Shown here in pieces: positions 1 through 9,134 of a stretch of 64,000 nucleotides of DNA. The position numbers were made by a program, and so were the translations under genes. Under the pieces are notes generated by a model. That model was not told the origin of the DNA. It made no database searches and was given only the letters and a program-made list of their open reading frames with translations. Position 1 is the stretch's first letter; each line of letters opens with the position of its first letter. The stretch is from an uncultured Staphylococcaceae bacterium (lineage in GTDB: Bacteria > Bacillota_I > Bacilli_A > RFN20 > CAG-826): positions 16,997 to 80,996 of the forward strand of contig CAZJKC010000001.1 of NCBI GenBank assembly GCA_964546565.1, given 5' to 3'.

Positions 1-8
1 GAAATAAA

Positions 9-392
9 TTAGACCACCTTTATAGATATTCTTTTGCATCCATTTTTTAGTGCATTATCTAACCAAGAACACAGTAAATCATATACTTCTTTGGTATCGT
101 CATAATCAAAATGACGATTTTCGTATAATTTTAGATCGGCGAGGTATTCACTTATATCCGTTATGCATGCTTCGGAATCGTCTCCGAACGCACCCTCGCA
201 TTGATGATAATCTCTTGTAAACCCTAGCCAACCATTACCATCGAGAGTGGGTTCTCTCAAAATATCATCAAAGTATCCATCCCATATGTGCAAGATTTGC
301 ATATTCGAGTTTTCAGCTTTGATTATAATTTCGGGTTCGCCTTCAAAGCCCTCAAAAAATTTGAAGTTATCTATTGTCTTTCCAGTGTCCAT
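9..392 (-). CDS. hypothetical acidic small protein (127 aa), last gene of HTH/ImmA-led operon; candidate immunity/antitoxin partner of upstream basic protein
   Basis: Complete ORF. Start overlaps the upstream gene's stop by 26 nt. Asp/Glu-rich. Local GC (~40%) is higher than the window average. No family recognised. Confidence 0.5.
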   Translation of the reverse strand: MDTGKTIDNFKFFEGFEGEPEIIIKAENSNMQILHIWDGYFDDILREPTLDGNGWLGFTRDYHQCEGAFGDDSEACITDISEYLADLKLYENRHFDYDDTKEVYDLLCSWLDNALKNGCKRISIKVV

Positions 393-807
393 TATCCAAC
401 CACTCCTTTTGTTGTTTTGTTAATGTGCCATTTTTACGAGCCATTATTGCATTTTTCCAATCTTTTTTTGATATCCACTTGTTTTTTCCTACCAAAACTT
501 CTTCTTGCTTTGGTCGTGCATTTTTGCCGTAACCTACACCTATTTTTTTACGTTCAACAACCCACGTATTTCCCTGTTCCTTTGGTGCATTAGGGGTGCG
601 GGTGTGCCAACGGCTCGTATAGGAATAATCCCCTCTTTTCCAAATATATTTTACTTGGTCATATCCATTTTTTTGTTCTTCTTTTACTATGGCAGAAGAA
701 GGTATTTTGATAGGTGAACCTTTAGGAAGCGTATTTTTAATGTAATCTTTATGGCTTTTGGTCGCACCATGAGTGCGACCAAAACCACCGTGGAAGCCTG
801 CACCCAT
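367..807 (-). CDS. hypothetical basic protein (146 aa), Gly-rich N-terminus, Lys/Arg-rich; candidate toxin/effector
   Basis: The start ATG overlaps the stop of the upstream 221-aa gene as TAATG (translational coupling). Strongly basic composition, followed by an acidic partner. No family recognised. Confidence 0.5.
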   Translation of the reverse strand: MGAGFHGGFGRTHGATKSHKDYIKNTLPKGSPIKIPSSAIVKEEQKNGYDQVKYIWKRGDYSYTSRWHTRTPNAPKEQGNTWVVERKKIGVGYGKNARPKQEEVLVGKNKWISKKDWKNAIMARKNGTLTKQQKEWLDNGHWKDNR

Positions 808-1472
808 TAAGCATCCACCGCCTTTCGACTTTGCATAAAGTCGCTGTCAAATTGCAGTATTTCAATTCCCATTTTCTTGTATTGCTTGAACACCTCGTCC
901 GGTGTAGTACCATAGACAACAATTGTGGCCGGCTCTAATGTGTTAACCACATAATTTAAGCCGTTTTTGAAATATTTTCGTTCGGTCAGCAGCTTTATAC
1001 AACCGTGAGAACCAACTGCGATTACCCCATGCTTATTGATACCAGCACAAGATAATTCAAATGTACGATCATCACCAAAGCGTATGTTTGGTATGACCGG
1101 TATGCCGTTATCCTGTAACCAGAAACCAATTGCTCGGCTTCGATAAATATTCCATTGTTGCATTACCAACGGCATATCTCGATAGACGCTGAAATCGGGA
1201 GAAATAACGCCTTTGAATTTTTTTAGGATAGGGAGATATATGTTTGGTCTATTCCATAATCTTTCAAATGCGGTATCGTCCTCGTAAAAATGTACCCAAG
1301 CATCAAAATCGGTACTATGTATCGCTTTTGAAAATGCAATTAGCTTATGCGGCTTTTGCATCTCTGTCTTTAAGCAAGGTATTTCAAACGAACTATCATA
1401 GGTCGCATTTTTTACTAAAAATGCGTGAAAAACATCTTTGCACCCACTTCGAGTGCTGTTTTTTCTCGACAT
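807..1472 (-). CDS. hypothetical protein (221 aa); possibly the DUF4417-like family often seen next to HTH/ImmA pairs (unverified)
   Basis: Long ORF with elevated GC, in an operon downstream of the ImmA-like gene. The family assignment is from memory only and was not checked. Confidence 0.45.
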   Translation of the reverse strand: MSRKNSTRSGCKDVFHAFLVKNATYDSSFEIPCLKTEMQKPHKLIAFSKAIHSTDFDAWVHFYEDDTAFERLWNRPNIYLPILKKFKGVISPDFSVYRDMPLVMQQWNIYRSRAIGFWLQDNGIPVIPNIRFGDDRTFELSCAGINKHGVIAVGSHGCIKLLTERKYFKNGLNYVVNTLEPATIVVYGTTPDEVFKQYKKMGIEILQFDSDFMQSRKAVDA

Positions 1473-1486
1473 ATACTATGCCCTCC

Positions 1487-1672
1487 TTATCTGTCTTTTG
1501 TAGAAAATCGCATTTTTTTGTAAAAACACCAATACTTTTTGCAATTTTTCTTAAGATGTGGCATAATATTCATGCGAAATATCGGATGCTCGCATCCAAA
1601 GAGAACGCACTTTGTAAGTTGTTGCCGCAATTTACTGAGTGCTTTTTCTATTTGTACGAACTTTACAATCAT
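1487..1672 (-). CDS. small basic ORF (61 aa), uncertain
   Basis: Start overlaps the ImmA-like stop (ATGA). Cys/Lys-rich. Could be a real coupled small protein or a spurious call. Confidence 0.25.
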   Translation of the reverse strand: MIVKFVQIEKALSKLRQQLTKCVLFGCEHPIFRMNIMPHLKKNCKKYWCFYKKMRFSTKDR

Positions 1673-2253
1673 ATAAAATCACCATCCTTTCTCTTGATTT
1701 TATATTGCACAGCTTCTTTGAAAAGTAGGAGTAATCGTCTTTCATAATTGGTATAATCCTTATTGCCGTAAGTCAACCATTTGTGATAGTAAGAGAAAGC
1801 GTAGATTGCTGCTTCAAAGCTGATGTCAAAAACCTCGTAAACCTCGTAGACGTCCTTTAACCCAAATTTGTGAATAAAGACAGGCGGCGCTAGAGCATAC
1901 TTTGCAAAAAAATTCGCTTCGGCTTCTGCCAATTCACTTTCTTCCGTGTGGTCTAACACTATATGCCCACACTCGTGGGTAATAGTATTTTTAATACGTC
2001 TGTGGCCCTTTGCATCGTTATAAAAAATGTACCACACGCCACTTTTTTTGATGGTAAATCCATCCTCACTTATTTTCATCATAAGTTGCTGTTTTTCTTC
2101 GTTTTTTGAGGAATAAGGGACAAGCACCGCACCGAGTTTAGTTGCTATTTCAAATCCACTTATAGGAATACATCGGATAGTAAGTTTCTCGAATGTTTTA
2201 ACTATACTCTCTTTAATTTCCTCAAATCGCTTGTCTGATAATCTAAATGCCAA
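1669..2253 (-). CDS. ImmA/IrrE-family zinc metallo-endopeptidase (anti-repressor protease)
   Basis: HEXXH motif (ITHECGHIVLDH) in a ~190-aa protein immediately downstream of an XRE HTH gene. This is the classic ImmR/ImmA (CapH/CapP-like) arrangement. Confidence 0.8.
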   Translation of the reverse strand: MAFRLSDKRFEEIKESIVKTFEKLTIRCIPISGFEIATKLGAVLVPYSSKNEEKQQLMMKISEDGFTIKKSGVWYIFYNDAKGHRRIKNTITHECGHIVLDHTEESELAEAEANFFAKYALAPPVFIHKFGLKDVYEVYEVFDISFEAAIYAFSYYHKWLTYGNKDYTNYERRLLLLFKEAVQYKIKRKDGDFI

Positions 2254-2255
2254 TA

Positions 2256-2567
2256 TTAGTCCTCCTCGAATAGAGCAGTAATAAGTGCTCGTTTTTGCTT
2301 TTCCGACATTGTTGCGGAATTTCTTGCTAATAAGCGTTCAACCTTTGGAAAATCAAACTCGTCTTGTTCGATACCGAGCAAAAAGTCCGAAGTAGTGTGT
2401 AGGGCAGTTGCAATATTTGCAAGCATGTCCGCTTTAGGCTCTCTGTCACCGGAAACATAACGAGAGAGCGTGGCTTCAGTCGTGTTAATTCTATCAGCAA
2501 GCTCCTTTTGTGTTATACCTTGTTTTTGTAATAGGTTTAATAACCTCTGGCCAAGTGCCTTACTCAT
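2256..2567 (-). CDS. XRE-family helix-turn-helix transcriptional repressor
   Basis: N-terminal HTH_3 signature (ITQKELADRINTTEATLSRYVSGDREP). RBS AAGGAGG at 2573-2579. First gene of the operon. Confidence 0.85.
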   Translation of the reverse strand: MSKALGQRLLNLLQKQGITQKELADRINTTEATLSRYVSGDREPKADMLANIATALHTTSDFLLGIEQDEFDFPKVERLLARNSATMSEKQKRALITALFEED

Positions 2568-2942
2568 TGTATTTCCTCCTTAGGCGGAGTAACCTCTACC
2601 CCGACTTACCAAAAGTATAATTCATCTTACCAAAACAGTCAAGTGCGTTTTGCAAATCAACAAATATGTTATATCTTGTTTCAAAATTCCATTTCAAATA
2701 CTAAAAAAGCAAGGAAATTGATCCTCCCATTGTCGCTTATATCTTATATACTCGACTTTCTTTGATTTCAATTAACACAAAGCATTTGACAATTTTTAAC
2801 GTTTTTTTATAATCTATCGATAATATTTATTATACATGTTTTTTTAAGAGGACATTTTTTAAAAAAATAATAAAAATTGTCCTTTTAAATCAAACTTTTA
2901 ATATGAAAATGATATAATTGTTTTGTGAATTGGAGTGATTTT

Positions 2943-4175
2943 ATGAACTTATATAAAAGAGAAGAATACTTAAAAAGAATAAGAGGATTTTATCATGATA
3001 CAGACATTATAAAAGTAATCACTGGTGTTAGAAGATGCGGAAAGTCATCTATAATGCTTATGATAATTGAAGAAATATTAAAAAGTGGAATAAGTAAGGA
3101 GAATTGTATTTTCATTGACTTAGATAGTAGAAAATACAGCAAAGTGAAAACTGATAAAGCTCTAGAAGAACTATTAGATTCATTTTCAAATATTAATGGA
3201 ACTAAATATGTTTTTATCGATGAAATACAAAATATTAAAAATTATGAAGAAGTTATTAATGCTTTTAGGAATGATGGAGATTATTCAATATTTATTACAG
3301 GATCTAATTCATATTTATTAAGTGGGGAATTAATAACAAAACTTACGGGAAGATATATTGAATTTGAAATATTTACATTATCATTTTATGAATATTTAGA
3401 GATGAAGAAGTTTTTTAATAAACCAGTTGATTCTAATATATTAAATGAATTAAACAATTATATTATTGAAGGTGGATTCCCCAAAGCTATACAATATGAT
3501 TCAATTATAGACAAAAGATCTTATACTAAAGCTACTGTTACTGAAATTATTGAAAAAGATATAAAAAAAAGAGTCAAAATTAGAACTATAGAAGCATTTA
3601 ATTTAGTTATGAATTTTATAATTAATAATTATGGACAAACAATGAGTGTTTTGAGCATTCAAAAAGGACTAGAAAATGCCGGTATTAAAGTAAAACGAGA
3701 AACTATATCTAAATATATTGAAATCTTAGTAAATGCTAAAATAATTTATCAATGTGATAGATTTGATATGAAAAGTAAACGTTCATTAAAAGGTGAGAAA
3801 AAATATTATTTAGCAGATTCGTCATTTTATTATTCCATGAACACTGATAATAGAATAAATTATGGTCCTGCCTTAGAAAATGTAATATACACATATGCAA
3901 GAAGTAAAAGATACACTGTAAGTGTTGGAAGAATTGGATTACTCGAATGTGATTTTATATTAAGAGATAATTATTTAAACTATTCATATTTACAAGTTGC
4001 ATATACAATCTTAGAAAGTAAAAAAACTGAAGATAGAGAATATATTCCTTTAGAATTAATTAAAGATAATTATCCTAAATATGTGCTAACAACTGATCTT
4101 TTAATTCAAAAACGTAATGGTATTATTCACGCTAATATTGCAGAATTTACAAGAAACAATCTTAATTTTAATTAG
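2943..4175 (+). CDS. COG1373-type AAA ATPase (AAA_14 + C-terminal DUF4143 domain)
   Basis: Walker A GVRRCGKS and Walker B VFIDEIQ. Very AT-rich gene (~22% GC). The start is probably the ATG at 2943 (SD GGAGTGA at 2932-2938) rather than the GTG at 2925. Confidence 0.75.
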   Translation: MNLYKREEYLKRIRGFYHDTDIIKVITGVRRCGKSSIMLMIIEEILKSGISKENCIFIDLDSRKYSKVKTDKALEELLDSFSNINGTKYVFIDEIQNIKNYEEVINAFRNDGDYSIFITGSNSYLLSGELITKLTGRYIEFEIFTLSFYEYLEMKKFFNKPVDSNILNELNNYIIEGGFPKAIQYDSIIDKRSYTKATVTEIIEKDIKKRVKIRTIEAFNLVMNFIINNYGQTMSVLSIQKGLENAGIKVKRETISKYIEILVNAKIIYQCDRFDMKSKRSLKGEKKYYLADSSFYYSMNTDNRINYGPALENVIYTYARSKRYTVSVGRIGLLECDFILRDNYLNYSYLQVAYTILESKKTEDREYIPLELIKDNYPKYVLTTDLLIQKRNGIIHANIAEFTRNNLNFN

Positions 4176-4524
4176 ACATAATATAAAATTGCAAATTAAA
4201 TGAGAACAATAATTGCAAAATAACTAAGAAAAAAAGTAAGAAACAATTAATAATTTGCAAATTAAATTACAAAAAGAAAAATAATTAGTGACACAAGATT
4301 AATAGTAGAGCCAACTATTTTAATAATAAAGATTTTTTTAATTTCAAATTCAAATTGCATAATGATTAGATGTAATTGTTATGTCATTGTCATCAAAAAC
4401 ATGTTTATTTTACGATGCTTTTTTAATACAATATTTATATAATTTGTTTAAGAAGACATTATATATTAATTTTTGAACTTTAAATAAAGTCTTTCTACCT
4501 AATTATTTTGTGAGGTGTTTTTTA

Positions 4525-6855
4525 ATGATTAAACTAGTTTCTGTTAGTAAAAAATATAAAACGACATCCCATCCTTGTTATGCTCTTAAAAAAATATCAT
4601 TAACATTACAAAGTCATGGTCTAATAGCTATTCTTGGTCCTTCCGGATGTGGAAAAACAACTTTATTAAATATTCTTGGTGGTCTTGATCAGCCAACACA
4701 AGGCTCTATTATTATCGATGGGAAAAACACTAAAAATTTCACTGAACAAGATTTTGATAGTTACCGCAATCAAACCGTTGGCTTTGTTTTTCAAAATTAT
4801 TATCTTATTCCTCATCTCACCATCTATGATAATGTTGCTTTAGCTCTGGAAATGACAGGAGAAAAACAAAACATCAAAAATAGAGTATTAGATGCTTTAA
4901 AAGAAGTTGGCCTTTTAGATATTAAAAATGCTAAACCCAGTTCTTTATCAGGGGGGCAAATGCAACGAGTCGCTATTGCGCGAGCCTTGATAAATAATCC
5001 ATCTATCATTTTAGCGGATGAGCCTACTGGCGCTTTAGATTCTAAAAATGCTTCACAAGTGATGTCTATTTTAAAGAAAATATCCAAAAAACATCTTGTG
5101 GTAATGGTAACTCACAATCAAGATATCGCTGAAAAATATGCTGACCGAATTATCGAATTACTTGATGGTAGAATAGTTCATGATTCTAATCCCATAACAC
5201 GCAGTGTAACAACATCTTTTAAGAAAACAAGCAAGGTTAGAATATCTTTTAAACATTGTATAAAATGGAGTTTAAACAACTTATGGAATAAAAAACTACG
5301 TAGTGCCTTGACTATTTTTGCTGGAAGTATTGGCATCATGGGAATGGGTGTTATTTTATCAATGACTAGCGGTGTTAATGAATATATCGATAACGCTCAA
5401 AGTCAATCACTAGGAAAATACCCTGTTATGATTACATCATATCTTAAAAATTCATCAGAAAGTCACAAAGATGAATTAACAGAATACCCCGATACTGATT
5501 ATATTATCATTGAGAAAGGTGATATCGCACAACAAGAGCATGTTAATCAAATGCCTGATGATTTTTATCAATATATGCAAGATATGAATTCTTCCTATTA
5601 TACTGTCTCGGACTCTAATTCCTATCTTCAATTTCCTATTATTACTAAATGTAATGACCAATATAAATTAATATCCTCTCGTTATTTCACAAAAAATGTT
5701 GATAATATTTCTTTTGCCAAAGAACAATATGATGTTTTAGAAGGAAAAATGCCCGAAGCTATTAATGAATTAGCGATTATTGTTGACAATTATAATCGAA
5801 TAGATGTTTCCTTATTAGATAGTCTCGGTTTCGATATCCAAGATGAAACTATTTCTTTTAATTTCTTATTAAACCAAAAAGAATTTCATGTTATTCCCAA
5901 TGATTTATATTATATAATTCCCGAAGGAGAAAACCATTATTACGCAAAGGGTAGTTCATATTACGATGATTTATATAATTCTACAAGCGGATTAACATTA
6001 AAAATCGTTGGCATTTTGCGTGAAAACAAATCAATTAAAACACCTTTATTTGAACCAGGAATACTCTATACACCAGCCTTAAGTAAGTATATTCAAGAGC
6101 AAGCAAATAATAGCGATATTGTCCAAGAACAATTATCTTATGGGCTTAAGAAAGATGTTTTTACCGGTGAGCCCTTTGAAGATATTGTTAATTATAGTTA
6201 CGCATATTCAAAGCAATATCAATATGAAAGAAGATTGTTCTCATTAGGGGTTAAGGAACAAATTACGCAACTATATTATTACACATCTTCTTTTGAACAA
6301 CGTCTTATGATTAATGACTATTTTTCATCTTTTTCCTTTTCAGAAGATGCGTCAATCATTGTCCGATCATACGACTATATTGAACTTGTTACAAATGAAT
6401 TCTCAACACTTGTCACTTTATTTAGCAATATATTATTAGTTTTTAGCGGTATAAGCATTTTCGTCAGCGTACTATTAATCAGTATCTTAATGTACATTTC
6501 TGTTTTAGAAAGAAGTAAAGAGATTGGACTTTTACGTAGTCTAGGTGCTCGAAAGAAAGATGTCGCCCGTATTTTCCTATCAGAAGCCTTTACAATTGGA
6601 GTTTTATCCGGAGTTCTTGGCATTATTTTAGCTATTATATTTAATCGTCCATTAAGTAATGTCACAAAGTCATTATTAGCCCAATATACTTCTAGTATGC
6701 TTAATAACGCCGCGATTAATCTTGATCATTTCCGTTTTTGGGTTGCTCCTATTATGCTTATAACAAGTATTATTGTGACCTTGATTGCAGGAATTATTCC
6801 CGCAATCAAAGCCTCAAGGAAAAAGCCGGCCGAAGCCTTAAAAGATGACATTTAG
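4525..6855 (+). CDS. ABC transporter, fused ATP-binding domain + FtsX/MacB-type permease with large extracytoplasmic domain
   Basis: Walker A GPSGCGKTT, signature LSGGQMQRVAIARAL, Walker B ILADEPTGALD. C-terminal 4-TM FtsX-like region. Probable start is ATG 4525 after SD GTGAGGTG. Confidence 0.85.
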   Translation: MIKLVSVSKKYKTTSHPCYALKKISLTLQSHGLIAILGPSGCGKTTLLNILGGLDQPTQGSIIIDGKNTKNFTEQDFDSYRNQTVGFVFQNYYLIPHLTIYDNVALALEMTGEKQNIKNRVLDALKEVGLLDIKNAKPSSLSGGQMQRVAIARALINNPSIILADEPTGALDSKNASQVMSILKKISKKHLVVMVTHNQDIAEKYADRIIELLDGRIVHDSNPITRSVTTSFKKTSKVRISFKHCIKWSLNNLWNKKLRSALTIFAGSIGIMGMGVILSMTSGVNEYIDNAQSQSLGKYPVMITSYLKNSSESHKDELTEYPDTDYIIIEKGDIAQQEHVNQMPDDFYQYMQDMNSSYYTVSDSNSYLQFPIITKCNDQYKLISSRYFTKNVDNISFAKEQYDVLEGKMPEAINELAIIVDNYNRIDVSLLDSLGFDIQDETISFNFLLNQKEFHVIPNDLYYIIPEGENHYYAKGSSYYDDLYNSTSGLTLKIVGILRENKSIKTPLFEPGILYTPALSKYIQEQANNSDIVQEQLSYGLKKDVFTGEPFEDIVNYSYAYSKQYQYERRLFSLGVKEQITQLYYYTSSFEQRLMINDYFSSFSFSEDASIIVRSYDYIELVTNEFSTLVTLFSNILLVFSGISIFVSVLLISILMYISVLERSKEIGLLRSLGARKKDVARIFLSEAFTIGVLSGVLGIILAIIFNRPLSNVTKSLLAQYTSSMLNNAAINLDHFRFWVAPIMLITSIIVTLIAGIIPAIKASRKKPAEALKDDI

Positions 6856-6868
6856 AATATTATGAAAT

Positions 6869-7873
6869 TCAAAAAACAATATTTGGTATTTCCACGGTAA
6901 TGGAACTCACTGGAATAACTAAATAATCATTAATTACCGCTGTCGCTAACATATTATAAAGATTAAATGTATATGTATAGTTTTCACCATAGTAATCAAA
7001 ATTAACTTTAATCACGCTTTTAAAAGTCAAGTAGGTAAAATCATTAATAAAATCTCTATCTTGAATAGTGGTGGTTACCAAATGATTTTCAAATTCGGAG
7101 TTTTTAAACACTTGTTGGAAAGTTGAATTAGGTGCTGTAGCTAATTTTTCCATAAATTGTGGGGTGTTAACGGCTCCTTTAAACATTAAATAATCCATAT
7201 TTTCTTCAATATTTGTATTATCATTTAGATACGATTCATTTTCTTCATTACTTTGAATAATAAAATTTTGCATGTCTTGTGAGTGCTTATATCTTGTTCC
7301 AGCACCAAAACCTTTGTTTTCATTGGCAATCGCTGTTTGAATATCATCAACCGATATGACGTAATCAGTCTCATCATTAATAACATTAACTATTGTATAT
7401 TCGGATTTATTAAATCCTAAAAAATCTTTATTGAAATCGATTAATAATGAAGCTTTTACACTTGTATTGGAACGAGAAGTAATAGTTAGCTTTGCTTGAT
7501 TATTCGCTTTTTTTAAACATGTTAATTTAATACTATTTACTAATGTTACTTCATATTTTAAGTAATCAGAAATATTTTCTTCGACATCGCTACTGACCCA
7601 TTCAAGAGTAACATCAATCAATTGATTATTGGCTTGTTCAGGTAAAACGGTATAATTAAATGTTATTACTTCTTGACCTAAATCATTAGTGGTTTGATTT
7701 AATTGTTTGATAGACAATTTTTTAGTCGTATCAATAGATAAATTCAATTGCTCGCCTTGATAGACTCTGCTATCACCAAAATGATCCGTAGTAGATATTT
7801 TTATCCCTACACAAGAAATCATAAGAGCGAAACTTGACCATAAAACTATTTGCATTTTTTTGTTTCTTTTCAT
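6869..7873 (-). CDS. putative lipoprotein (334 aa), unknown function
   Basis: Signal peptide with lipobox (LMISC). Asn/Thr-rich extracellular protein. Convergent with the ABC gene. Confidence 0.6.
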   Translation of the reverse strand: MKRNKKMQIVLWSSFALMISCVGIKISTTDHFGDSRVYQGEQLNLSIDTTKKLSIKQLNQTTNDLGQEVITFNYTVLPEQANNQLIDVTLEWVSSDVEENISDYLKYEVTLVNSIKLTCLKKANNQAKLTITSRSNTSVKASLLIDFNKDFLGFNKSEYTIVNVINDETDYVISVDDIQTAIANENKGFGAGTRYKHSQDMQNFIIQSNEENESYLNDNTNIEENMDYLMFKGAVNTPQFMEKLATAPNSTFQQVFKNSEFENHLVTTTIQDRDFINDFTYLTFKSVIKVNFDYYGENYTYTFNLYNMLATAVINDYLVIPVSSITVEIPNIVF

Positions 7874-7963
7874 AATTAATCCTCCTTAAACAAAATATTG
7901 CTTAATATTAATTACGAAGAGAAAAAAAATAATCCTTAAAAAAAGCCCATCAAAATGACAGGC

Positions 7964-8821
7964 TTATTTATGTTTTTTATAATCTTTATAAAACTCATGA
8001 TATGGACAAGATAAATCCATACCCGCATGCGTATGCCGAAATACTTGTTTTTCAACAGGAGGAGGCGTCATATAATCACCATATAAATTAGTTAAATATT
8101 CATCATATTTTTCAGGAATGATAACTTCTAGACCTTCAAACATTGCTTTACAACCTTTCCCAAAATATTCTTTTTTCATTATTTCTTTACTGAGCCAACT
8201 TCCCTGCATGATAGCGACATAATAACAATCATCATACTTTTTCTTACGCATTATTTTATCAATACGATGATTTAAATAATGACCAATATTCCAAATATAA
8301 TTTGGATACATAAAAATATCTAATAAAATATCTAATGGCCACCAATGCTTACGCGGTGCTCTTGTCGCACAGCGTGGATAAATAAACCACATTCGCGGCC
8401 AAATACGTAAAACACGCCACTTCATAGGAAAAGTAATTCTTTTGCTTTTCTTCGAAATACCATCGAGAGGAAATATATCAATCCATGCACCATGATTCAT
8501 CCGTGTAAATTTATATGTTCTTTCAATATATGTTGTCCGCGAATCCCGTAATTTTGCAAAATTATATGGATAATTAGGATCTGTTTCATATGTTTGAAGG
8601 AAAATATCACCAGTGAATCTTTCCTTTGCTAAAGCAATAAATCGATCATAATCTTCTCTTGGTAACGCTACATCAACATCATCATCCCATGGGATAAATC
8701 CTTGATGTCTAATAGCCCCTAAAGCCGAGCCGGCCACCAAATAATATTGAAGATTATGTTCTTGACAAAAATCAATAAACTCTTTTAATAAACCCAATTC
8801 AACTTTTTGTAATTCATTCAT
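7964..8821 (-). CDS. LicD-family (phosphocholine/phosphotransferase, nucleotidyltransferase fold) protein
   Basis: LicD-like N-terminus (LQYYLVAGSALGAIRHQGFIPWDDDVDVALPREDYDRF). Start probably the internal ATG (MNELQK...) at 8821. Confidence 0.7.
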   Translation of the reverse strand: MNELQKVELGLLKEFIDFCQEHNLQYYLVAGSALGAIRHQGFIPWDDDVDVALPREDYDRFIALAKERFTGDIFLQTYETDPNYPYNFAKLRDSRTTYIERTYKFTRMNHGAWIDIFPLDGISKKSKRITFPMKWRVLRIWPRMWFIYPRCATRAPRKHWWPLDILLDIFMYPNYIWNIGHYLNHRIDKIMRKKKYDDCYYVAIMQGSWLSKEIMKKEYFGKGCKAMFEGLEVIIPEKYDEYLTNLYGDYMTPPPVEKQVFRHTHAGMDLSCPYHEFYKDYKKHK

Positions 8822-9134
8822 AATACTTACCCCATAACATAATATCAATATTAAGATTTTAAATCAAGTTACAGAAAGCCATGCTTATTATTAAAAAAAA
8901 TAAGTTTACACCTTAAAAAAAACATGTAATTAATTATAAGGGAATGCTCTATAAAACATAAAGCAAGATTGAAATTATCTCTTCGTCATTAATGCAATTA
9001 CCTATTTCAAAGCCCATCGACGAGAGACCGATTTCACATTCATATTATGTGCATGCTTGTTTATTGGACATATTTTTTTTAATTATTATGACTTTTGAAA
9101 ATCTCTTAAAACAAGCCTTCTTTCAACTTTGTAT

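Noticed and set aside
288-717. Plus-strand ORFs 288..593 and 505..717
   Set aside because: They lie antisense inside the 146-aa and 127-aa minus-strand genes and have low-complexity Phe/Leu-rich translations typical of shadow ORFs.
1244-1747. Plus-strand 167-aa ORF
   Set aside because: Antisense to the 221-aa gene and to the ImmA-like gene. No RBS. Shadow ORF.
4824-5087. Minus-strand 87-aa ORF inside the ABC ATPase domain
   Set aside because: Antisense to well-conserved Walker/signature motifs. Shadow ORF. The same applies to 5476..5661, 6375..6665, 23576..23878 and 25926..26111.
7937-7972. Possible terminator hairpin AAGCC...GGCTT downstream of the LicD gene
   Set aside because: Only a 5-bp stem with a 13-nt loop. 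Too weak to call, although a T7 run follows on the minus strand.
9112-9125. Perfect palindrome TGTATTTAAATACA next to the ATPase stop
   Set aside because: Pure A/T palindrome in AT-rich DNA. No stabilising GC. Likely chance.
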